Positions 44,401 through 53,200 of a stretch of 64,000 nucleotides of DNA are shown here, in pieces; position 1 is the first letter of the stretch, and each line of letters opens with the position of its first letter. Under the pieces are notes generated by a model. The model did no database searches, was not told where the DNA came from, and was given only the letters and a program-made list of their open reading frames with translations. Location: contig CAZOQC010000017.1 in the NCBI GenBank assembly GCA_964581865.1, positions 2,457 to 66,456 of the forward strand, written 5' to 3'. The stretch is from an uncultured Spirosoma sp. Its GTDB lineage: Bacteria; Bacteroidota; Bacteroidia; Cytophagales; Spirosomataceae. The position numbers and the translations under genes were made by a program.

Positions 44401-47032
44401 CGGCAACACGACGTCGGATCACAACCCGATTGTAACCCGTTTTGACCTGACCAAACTGGTGACGCCGGTAACGGCCCTGACGGTAACGGCCTCGGCCAAC
44501 CCGACCCAGATTCTGACCACGGGCAGCACCACCATCACGGCAACTGTGACCGGCGGTACAACGCCTTATACGTACGCCTTCACCGGCCCCGGCACGATCA
44601 CTCCCAGTGGGAACATGGCTACTGTATCGGGTCTGTCAGCGGGCGTGCAGACGTTTACCGTGACGGCCACCGACGCCACTACCCCGACCGCCCAGACCAG
44701 CTTCACCACCGTCAGCGTGACGGTGACCCAGGCTAACACGGCCCCGGTCGCGACTGCGAACAGCAACCAGACCGCCACAGTCGGAGTGGCCTTCACCTAC
44801 ACGGTCAACGCCTTCACCGATGCCGAGACGCCCAACCAGCTGACCTATGCGGCTACCATCAACCCAACCGACGGGCTAAGCTTCGACCCGGCAACGCGCA
44901 TCATCTCGGGCACGCCAACGATGACGGGTGTGAGCAGTGTAACCATCACGGCCACCGACCCCGGCAGTCTGAGTGCGAGCACGACGTTCACTATCACCGT
45001 GAACCCCGCCCCGGTAACGGCACTAACGGTGACGGCCTCGGCCAGTCCTGCCCAGATTCTGACCACGGGCAGCACCACCCTGACGGCCAGCGTGACGGGC
45101 GGTACGACGCCCTATAGCTACGCCTTTACCGGCCCCGGCACCATCACGTCCAACGGCAGCACGGCTACTGTATCGGGTCTGTCAGCGGGTGTGCAGACCT
45201 TCACTGTGACGGTGACCGACGCCACCACGCCTACGGCTCAGACTAGCTTCACGACTGTTAGTGTGACGGTAACCCAAGCCAACACCGCCCCAACGGTGGC
45301 CAACCCAGTTAGTCCCCAGAGCGCGACGGTGGGTACGGCTTACACGCTGTCGGTAGCGAACGTGTTCACCGATGCCCAGACACCTAACCAGCTGACCTTG
45401 TCGGCCACTGGTTTGCCAGCTGATCTGTCTCTGAACGGCACGACGATCAGCGGTACGCCGTCAACGACGGTGGGGTCGCCCTACACCGTTACGCTGACAG
45501 CGACCGATCCGGGTAACCTGAGCACCAGCACCCAGTTTACGCTGAGTGTCGACCCCGCCCCGACCACCACGCCAACGCCAACGGGTCCCTTCAGCATCAC
45601 GGGCGTGACGCTGGTGAGCTGCACGACGCTCTCGGTGGGTGAACGCCAGATCAGCATCAGTCCCCAGTATGCGGGTCAGGATGGTAGCCCAATCAGTTTC
45701 TCGGTAGTCAACGAGTTGTCGGCCACCACGGCTACGGGTCCGTATTCGCTGAAGTTGTACACCGACAATCCGATGATCACCCTAAGCGCGACCCAGAGCG
45801 GGACGACCTCGCTGTTCGGATACAACTGGCTGGCGGCTTGTAACAACACCACGCCGACACCAACCAACACCGCTCCGACGGTAGTCAACCCAGTGGGTCC
45901 GCAGAGTGCGACGGTGGGCATAGGCTACACGCTTTCAGTAGCGAACGTGTTCGCCGATGCCGAGACGCCCAACCAGCTGACCTTGTCGGCCACTGGTTTG
46001 CCAGCGGGTCTGAGCCTGAGCGGTAGCACGATTTCGGGTACGCCGTCGATGAGCGGAGTGAGCACGGTGAGCCTGACGGCGACTGATCCGGGTAACCTGA
46101 GCACCAGTACCAGCTTCATGCTGACGGTAAGTCCGGCTCCGATGACCACGCCAACGCCTACCCCGACGGGACCTTTCAGCATCACGGGTGTCACGCTGGT
46201 AAGCTGCACGACGCTGTCAGTAGGCGAGCGCCAGATCAGCTTCAGTCCCCAGTACGCGGGTCAGGACGGTAGCCCAATCAGTTTCTCGGTAGTCAACGAG
46301 TTGTCGGCCACGACGGCTGCGGGTCCGTATAGTCTGAAACTCTACACCGACAATCCGATGATCACCCTGAGTGCGACCCAGAGCGGGACAAGTTCGAGCT
46401 TTGGTTACAACTGGCTGGCGGCTTGTACTGCGACCACGCCAGCACCGACGCCTACGCCTACGCCAACGCCCACCCCGACGGGTCCCTTCAGCATTACGGG
46501 GGTGACGTTGAACAGCTGCCAGACGTTGTCAGCGGGTGAGCGCCAGATCAGCTTCACGCCCCAGTACGCAGGAGTGACAGGTGAAACGATCACTTTCCGG
46601 GTGGTGAATGAGAGTGTGCCTACCACGATGGCGAGTCCCTACACGCTCAAACTCTACACCGACAACCCGGTGATCAATCTGCGGGCTATGCAGGGTAGTG
46701 GTAGTGAGGTAGCCTATGCTTATAACTGGCTGGCGGCTTGCAATACCAACGGCCGGGTTGGCGTAGCTGAATCGACGATGGAGATTCGCGTGATTGGCAA
46801 CCCGATCCACGACGGCCAGGCATCTGTTGAAGTGCGTGGAGTAAGTGGTCAGCCGCTGACGATGGTGTTAACTGATATGCAGGGACAGGCAGTCGGCCAG
46901 CATCAGGTCGAGCAGGCTGGCTCGGTTGAAGCGCACACGTTCGCAGTCGGTCGGCAACCCATCGGTACGTTGCTGCTGCGCGTGACGACGCCAACGCAGT
47001 CGCAGACGGTGAAGCTGCTGAAAGTAAACTAA
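41492..47032 (+). CDS. Giant T9SS-secreted surface protein with an EEP-family nuclease core (ExeM/NucH-like extracellular nuclease architecture)
   Basis: The ATG at 41492 gives MQQHVQFLSRLWLCVLALLFAQLAQAQ. The domain order, N- to C-terminal, is:
- an N-terminal jelly-roll-like region;
- two tandem 108-aa repeats;
- an OB-fold-like segment;
- an EEP domain;
- Ig-like and He_PIG-like modules;
- three unassigned Cys-bracketed modules;
- a T9SS C-terminal domain. Confidence 0.85.
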   Translation: MQQHVQFLSRLWLCVLALLFAQLAQAQLLTEDFPNAGALTANGWTQVGTSAVNPINAGTPNLTYAGLSTSGNAAILTTTGQDVSRSFTAQTSGTVYASYLVNVTSAQAAGDYFFHLANTTSGSAFVGRIYVKSVSGGIQFGLAKVNGTPVYASTVYALNTTYFAVVKYAYNAGSATDDISSLFINPTLGAAEPTPSVTDNTNADATSIGAVNLRQGTAASAPGALVDYIRIGTNWTDVTQAPAPVATLSTTPTSLNGFSTTQGTASATQTYALSGSTLSADVTVTAPAGYEVSQDATNFQNSLTVVRSNGSVSATITVRLTGASAGTFSGNVTNVSGSTSTNVAVSGTVNAPNSPSLTVTPTTLSGFSTTQGTASATQTYALSGSNLTADVTVTAPAGYQISQDGATFQNAITVTRSNGSVSATITVRLTGASAGPVSGNITNVSGSVSGSVAVSGTVASNTPYTPIATARASVGSTFTIAGRVTVTNQLGSRQIYIQDNTGGIVVYSGPTGTDLSTLVQLGDSVQARGPISVFSGYTEITSSVTTFTVVSGAGTRVPTPVAITPDQLANYQGQLVSVANATITPVAATFVGGTNYTITANNLSGVLRISANSPLAGAGQPANPVSVTGIADRFVSGATTTGTNGLQLQPRILADVPGSTPAQDLTCTAGMSNSTLGTDQTLDIAAWNMEFFGADAGTIICPNGNLNYNDMGPTNEDLQQSNAVTVLGKLKADIVSVEEISDIDRFAATVASLPGSYSYTCSNRFSYYFQDECTQTPSGNPPTVFGPTKFAQKVCVIYNRATVTPVLAETKPLLDGNYNYPSANNWSSGRLPFLFVGDVTINGNTQRVHVVALHAKSGSATTDYNRRKQDIADLKTNLDAAYPNAKLIILGDYNDKLNGSIASGQQSSYKPFVDDAANYSALTLPLENNGCSTFNSSASFIDHMIVSNDLAPAYIANSTYVLQPFSIPNYGNTTSDHNPIVTRFDLTKLVTPVTALTVTASANPTQILTTGSTTITATVTGGTTPYTYAFTGPGTITPSGNMATVSGLSAGVQTFTVTATDATTPTAQTSFTTVSVTVTQANTAPVATANSNQTATVGVAFTYTVNAFTDAETPNQLTYAATINPTDGLSFDPATRIISGTPTMTGVSSVTITATDPGSLSASTTFTITVNPAPVTALTVTASASPAQILTTGSTTLTASVTGGTTPYSYAFTGPGTITSNGSTATVSGLSAGVQTFTVTVTDATTPTAQTSFTTVSVTVTQANTAPTVANPVSPQSATVGTAYTLSVANVFTDAQTPNQLTLSATGLPADLSLNGTTISGTPSTTVGSPYTVTLTATDPGNLSTSTQFTLSVDPAPTTTPTPTGPFSITGVTLVSCTTLSVGERQISISPQYAGQDGSPISFSVVNELSATTATGPYSLKLYTDNPMITLSATQSGTTSLFGYNWLAACNNTTPTPTNTAPTVVNPVGPQSATVGIGYTLSVANVFADAETPNQLTLSATGLPAGLSLSGSTISGTPSMSGVSTVSLTATDPGNLSTSTSFMLTVSPAPMTTPTPTPTGPFSITGVTLVSCTTLSVGERQISFSPQYAGQDGSPISFSVVNELSATTAAGPYSLKLYTDNPMITLSATQSGTSSSFGYNWLAACTATTPAPTPTPTPTPTPTGPFSITGVTLNSCQTLSAGERQISFTPQYAGVTGETITFRVVNESVPTTMASPYTLKLYTDNPVINLRAMQGSGSEVAYAYNWLAACNTNGRVGVAESTMEIRVIGNPIHDGQASVEVRGVSGQPLTMVLTDMQGQAVGQHQVEQAGSVEAHTFAVGRQPIGTLLLRVTTPTQSQTVKLLKVN
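42229..42870 (+). repeat. Two tandem ~108-aa coding repeats
   Basis: ...GFSTTQGTASATQTYALSGS.L.ADVTVTAPAGY..SQD...FQN..TV.RSNGSVSATITVRLTGASAG... occurs twice in succession. Confidence 0.8.
43535..44446 (+). other. Endonuclease/exonuclease/phosphatase (EEP) domain
   Basis: Motifs seen: LDIAAWNMEFFG, IVSVEEI, VHVVALHAKSG, LIILGDYND, IDHMIVS and SDHNPIVTRF. Confidence 0.8.
45581..46741 (+). repeat. Three copies of an unassigned ~88-aa Cys-bracketed module with PT-rich linkers (gene 1)
   Basis: The modules lie at about 45581-45844, 46168-46426 and 46481-46741. The consensus is FSITGVTLvSCttLSvGERQISfsPQYAG..G.pIsF.VVNE...TT..gPYsLKLYTDNP.I.L.A.QsG......YNWLAAC. One He_PIG-like module lies between copies 1 and 2. 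Confidence 0.75.
46778..47029 (+). other. T9SS C-terminal sorting domain (Por_Secre_tail-like)
   Basis: The sequence is EIRVIGNPIHDGQASVEVRGVSGQPLTMVLTDMQGQAV...LLLRVTTPTQSQTVKLLKVN. Confidence 0.8.
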
Positions 47033-47048
47033 GCGAGTCGTATTTATG

Positions 47049-47091
47049 GCAGAAAGCCCGGACCGGAAACGGTCCGGGCTTTCTGCTTTTT
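47049..47091 (+). terminator. Rho-independent terminator after giant gene 1
   Basis: A 17-bp perfect stem, GCAGAAAGCCCGGACCG / CGGTCCGGGCTTTCTGC, encloses a GAAA loop and is followed by T5. Confidence 0.9.
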
Positions 47092-47260
47092 GATGGTGCT
47101 TTGTCTAGTATGTCGCTGGTGTTAACAGTCTGTTAATCAATGTTATCAGATTGTTAAGGCTTCATATATGCATGGGCCGATGTACTACTTTTATAGGCAT
47201 TTATTCATTGTCCGTATCACACCAATAAACAAGCGTTCTTTTACCAACCCGACTAACTTC

Positions 47261-50200
47261 ATGAAACACGTTTTACAATGCCGATGGCTGGCTACGAATC
47301 GCGCATCTGTTACTGTAAGGGTAATAGCTGCTTGTCGTGGGCGACTACTATCAAATCTGGCAAATCCGCATTCTTATATCCTGGCGATGCTGCTTGTAGT
47401 GGTTTCGCTTGGTGGTCAGAATGCACAGGGACAGACTGCCTACACGTATAACACTACCACTACGAGTACGTCGTGGGGAAATTCCGCAAACTGGACGGGC
47501 GGGGCCACGAATAAATATCCAGGCATTGATGCTTACACAACCTCAACTGCTGATGGTTTGGCGACAGACATCGCTTCATTTGGAACGCTTGCTGCCACAT
47601 CTATTGGCCTCAACTTCAATAATACAACCACAAACACAGGAGTAGGCAACAATACAAGTTTCAATGGTTCACTAACACTAGGAGCCATACAATTTCCATC
47701 CCTGTCAAGAGCCTTAACGTTTGGCAAGAATGACGCATCTGCGTTTGCGTCAACATTGACACTGAACGGCGCAACCATTAGTGCTATAGATAACGTCATA
47801 TTGTCGAGCAATACGGCAGGATTTGATGCAACCTTTGCAGGATTTAATGGCGGCAGTGGCTCCTTTCCAATGGTTCTTGCACTTGGAAATTCAACCAATA
47901 ACGTCGTAAGTATTGATAATACAGGAAACATAATTGTATCCGCAGCTATATCAGGAACGGGCAAAAAGCTGACGTTAAATGCGAACAACAGCGGTAGCCT
48001 TCGCCTGAGTGGGCCTAACACATTCGATGGGGGAATCACAGTAAATGGAGGGACAGCCGGTGGGCGACTACGCATCGATGCTGTAAACTCACTACCCGCA
48101 GCGGGAGCAATCGCTGTAAACACCGGCGGGCGTATTACTTTGAACGTTGCTGGTACGTTTGGCGGAACAACGCAGACGTTAACGTTTAGTCCAACGCAGA
48201 CAACGAGTCCTTCGCTGGATATTGCAAGTGGCGCGGCTATCGTATGGCAAGGGCTTGTTTCATTGGCTGCTGATACACGACTGGAAGCTAATGGCGGTGC
48301 GGGAACACTGACGTTTTCCGGAAATGTAAGCGGTAGTGGGACGCTTATCAAGCAAGCAGCCGGGACGTTGATTCTGTCGGGTACAGGCAACTCGTTGACA
48401 GGTGGCACTACGATCGGTAACGGTACCCTTACGGTAAACAATGGTTCGTCGATGGGAACGGGGCCTTTATCGATGGCGCAAACCGGCACAAACAATACGA
48501 CGCTCAACCTGAACAATACAAGTCAGATAATCAGTAGTTTGTCTAATTTGTTTACGGCTACCACCGGTACGCAAACGCAGGTTATCAACCTGGGAAGTGG
48601 ACATACATTGATCGTTAACCAAACGGGTAATACAACCTACGGAACGGGAGCTGTGTCAACGCTGACCAGTACACTGGCAGGAAGTGGCAATCTGACTAAA
48701 AGTGGAAGCGGAACATTGACACTGACAAGTGCTAATACCTACTCAGGAACGACAACCGTGACTGGGGGGACACTAGTGTTGGGTGTTGCCAATGCACTTG
48801 CTTCTGGAACGAATATAACCCTCAACGGCGGTACGCTCAGCACGGGAGCATCAACCGGATTTACCCAGTCAGTTGGCACGTTGAACGTAGCTGCTAATTC
48901 AACCATTGCACTGGGCGTGGGTAACCATACGCTGACATTTGCTGCCAGCAACGGTATTACCTGGAATGGCACGACGCTGACCGTTACCGGCTGGACAGGA
49001 ACGGTGGGTTCGGCAGGAACTGCCGGTCATCTTTTTGTCGGAAACAGTGCGACGAGTTTGACGGCTGCTCAGCTGGCTAAGATTACTTTTTCGGGCTATT
49101 CTGCCGGGGCTACTCAGTTGAGTACGGGTGAAGTGGTACCTGCTGCTCCAACCTGCCCAACCATCACTACTTCGCTGAACGGTACATCAACGATTTGCAC
49201 CGGCAGCACTACCAACCTGACCGCTACGATCACGGGCGGTACCGGGCCTTACTCGCTGACGTATTCCAACGGTACAACTAATACGGTCGTCAGCAACTAC
49301 ACCAGTGGTGCCAACATCGCTGTTAGCCCAACGGCCAACACAACCTATACGCTGGTCAACGTAACCGACGCGAATACCTGCGCGGCTACCGTAAGTGGGT
49401 CGGCACAGGTAACGGTCAATCAGAATCCTACAATGGCCAATGCCGGTCCGGCACAATCTATCTTCATCGGGCAGTCGGCAACGCTGGCCGCGAATACGCC
49501 CATGATCGGAACGGGCATGTGGTCGGTGACGAGCGGCCCTTCGACGGCGGCTTCGCAGTTTAGTAACGTCGCCAGCCCAACAGCGACGTTTACCCCGGCC
49601 TCGGGCACTGGCAGCTACGTTCTGACCTGGACGATCAGCAATGCGCCCTGCACGCCGAGCGCCAGCAACGTGACGATTACCGTATCGAACCCTACCGTCA
49701 ACCTGTCGGTAAGTAGCAATGCCGGTTCCGAAGCGGATAAAACGGCCATCACCGTGACGGCGACGGCTGCGGCTCCGGTAGTTGGCGATCAGACAGTTAG
49801 CCTGGCCGTTACCGGTACGGGCATTACGTCGGGCGACTATACACTGAGCAGCAACACGATCACGATTCTGAACGGGCAGACGGCTGGCTCAGTCACGTTC
49901 ACGGTTGTCGACGACAATGCGGTCGAAGGTACCGAAACGGCCACGCTGACCATCAGCAGCCCCTCCGCGGGTATTGCGCTGGGCAGCACGGTGGCGCAGA
50001 ACATTACCATCACCGACAATGATGTAGCACCCGGTCTGAGCATCAATGATGTGTCCACGAATGAAGGCAACAGTGGCACGACTACATTCACGTTTACGGT
50101 CAGTCTGGCAACACCCGCTCCCACAGGTGGCGTCAGTTTCAACTACGCAACGGCCGATGGAACGGCGAAAGCGGGTGCAGATTACGTCGCCACCAGCGGC

Positions 50201-53200
50201 ACCGGAACGATTCCCGAAGGTAGCAGCACGTTGGCGATCAGCGTACTGGTCAACGGTAATACGACCTACGAAGCGGACAAGACGTTCTACGTCGACATAG
50301 CGAACGTAACGGGAGCGACGGTATCGAAAGGCCGGGGCACCGGAACGATCGTGAACGACGATGCCCAGCCACTACCCGACCTGACCGTGGCTCTGGCTGG
50401 ACCCGCATCGGCCACAACCGGGCAGGCCTACAGTTATAGTCTGGTCGTGAGCAACAGCGGTACGTCTGATGCCAGCAATGTACCGGTTTCGTTTACACTG
50501 CCGGGTGGGGTAACCTACGCCAGTGCAACGGGCAGCAATGGCTTTGTGGCTACGCAAAGCGGTACAACGGTTTCGTTTATGGGTGGAACGCTTACGCAGG
50601 GCAGCAGTGCCACGCTGACAGTTTCCGTAACGCCGAACACGACCGGTACAGAAACCGTATCGCCGGGTGCTGCGGTCGTTGATCCCGGTAACACGATCCC
50701 GGAAAGCAACGAAAACAATAACAGCTCGACGCAAACGGTAACGACCACGGTTGTCGCGCCGAACCAGCCGCCCGTTGCGCCGACGCTGGCCAATCAGACG
50801 GGTACGGTAGCTGTCGCATTTACGTATACGGTTCCTGCGTTTACCGATCCTGAAAACGGTGCGCTGACTTACACGATCATGGGTGTACCGGCCGGACTGA
50901 ACGCCAACAACAGCACCCGCGTGATTTCGGGCACGCCCACCACGACTGGCGTATCGACGGTGACGGTGGTGGCAACCGATCCGCAGAGCGCGACCACGGC
51001 TGGTACGTTCACCATCACCATCAACGCCAACCAGGCCCCGGTCGCGCCGACACTGGCTAATCAGACGGCAACGGTGGGTACAGCGTTCAGTTATGTGGTG
51101 CCTGCGTTCACTGACGCCGAGAATCAGCCGCTGACGTATGTGGCAACGGGTGTTCCCTCGCCCCTGACGTTCGACCCGGCTACGCGTACTATCTCAGGTA
51201 CGCCAACGTCGGCCGGTACATCGAACATCATGATCACAGCGACTGATCCGGCCAACAACGCAACCAATGGCACCTTTACGCTAACGGTAAATGCGGCCCC
51301 GGCGGCAGGTGTCATTCGGATTACTGAATACATGTACTCGTCTGGTAATGGCGCGGGTAACGGTGTGGGCGAATTCATCGAGTTGACTAACGTTGGCAAT
51401 GCCGCTGTCGATCTGACTGGCTGGAGTTTCGATGATAATACCCGAACCCCCGGCTCATTTGCCATCGGTGGTTTTGGTATGGTTCAGCCCAACGAATCTG
51501 TCATTATCACGGATGCTCCGGCTGCACTATTTCGCCAGTTCTGGTTCCTGCCCGCATCCGTAAAAATCGTTGGAGGCAGCGATCAGGGATTGGGTCGCAG
51601 CGACGAAATCAACATTTACGACGCATCGAATACGCTTGTAACCCGCCTGACCTACAACGATCAGGGGACCAACCCGGCGGGTACAGTCAGGACGCAGTTT
51701 GTCAGCGCCTGGCCGCAGCGTAATCTGCTGGGACAAACAACGACAGCAGGCTGGCAACTATCGGTTGCCAACGATGCGCAGAATTCATACCTCGCCACGA
51801 CCGGTGATCTGGGAAATCCCGGTGGTTATTTTGTACCGCTGAGCCGGGTACTGGTGCGCGAATCCGGTGGTACGACGACGGTTACGGAAGGTGGGGCTAC
51901 CGATACCTACACAGTGACGCTCAACAGTCAGCCGTCGGCCGACGTAACCGTGTCGATCAATCCCGGTTCGCAACTGACGGTTAGTTCGGCCACGCTGACG
52001 TTTACATCGGCCAACTTCAACACGGCGCAGACGGTGACGGTAACGGCTGTCGATGACAATGTGTACCAGGGGGCACCCCGCTCGGTAACGATTACACAGA
52101 GCGTGACGAGCAGCGATGCCGCGTACAATGGTATTGTGGCTAATCCGGTTTCGGTCACAATTATCGACAACGATATGCCTGTGACGGCCGCGCCAACGAT
52201 TCAGGTAGCGGGTACGACCACGAAGTATCTGAGCCTGCCGACCAGCGGGCCCGGTTACGTAAGTGGGGTATTGAGCGACCCCACCGATCCGGCCCGAACA
52301 CTCGGTGTCGACTTTACACTGGCGGATACCGACACGGACGTGAACACGCTGACCACAACGGCCAGCAGCAACAACAGTAACGCCACGGTTAGTCTGACGG
52401 GATCGGGCAGTAACCGGAATCTGAAAATTACCCCGGCAGGTGTTGGTTATTCGACGATCACCGTATCGGTCAGCGACGGTACCAACACGACGAATTACGT
52501 AGTTAACTATGCTGCGTCGGCCGCGTCGGTTACCCCGACTGCAACCCGCTTCCTGACGGGTACCAGCGATGCCTCAACGGCGGTACTGGTCGATGCCAAC
52601 AACATGCTGGTGGGTGATGACGAAAATCAGGTACTCCGCCTGTATAACCGTCAGAACTCGGGTCTGCCCGTCGCTGGCTTTGACTTTACTTCGGCGCTTG
52701 GCCTGACCGACGTATCGGGTGGGGTGCCGCGTGAGGTCGATCTGGAACTATCGGTTCGGAAGGACAACCGCATTTTCTGGATGGGGTCACAGAGTAATGC
52801 CGATGGTGGTAACGCCCGCGTTAACCGGGACCGCGTTTTCGCAACCGACGTGTCGGGCAGTGGCGCATCGACGACGTTGAGTTACGTAGGTCGGTACGAT
52901 TTCCTGCGCGAAGACATTATCAACTGGGACGTAACCAACGCGCATGGAAAAGGAGCCAACTATTATGGCTTGCAGGCCAGCGCTGCAGCGGGCGTAGGCT
53001 CGAAACAGGCAACTGGATACAATATCGAAGGGGCGGAATTTGCCCCCGATGGTAATACGGTGTATCTGGGCTTCCGTGCACCACAGGTCATTCCGGCCAA
53101 CCGAGCGAAAGCTCTGATTGTACCCGTTACAAACCTGACCAGTCTGGTTAGCGGACAGGCGCAGGGGACGGCCACGTTCGGTGCACCAATCGAACTGGAC

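Noticed and set aside
45540-46480. Regularly spaced near-identical repeats with short spacers (PTPTPT linkers) that might look like a CRISPR-like array
   Set aside because: The repeats are hundreds of nt long, in frame, and translate into protein modules inside one continuous ORF. There is no short direct repeat and unique spacer architecture, and there are no cas genes.
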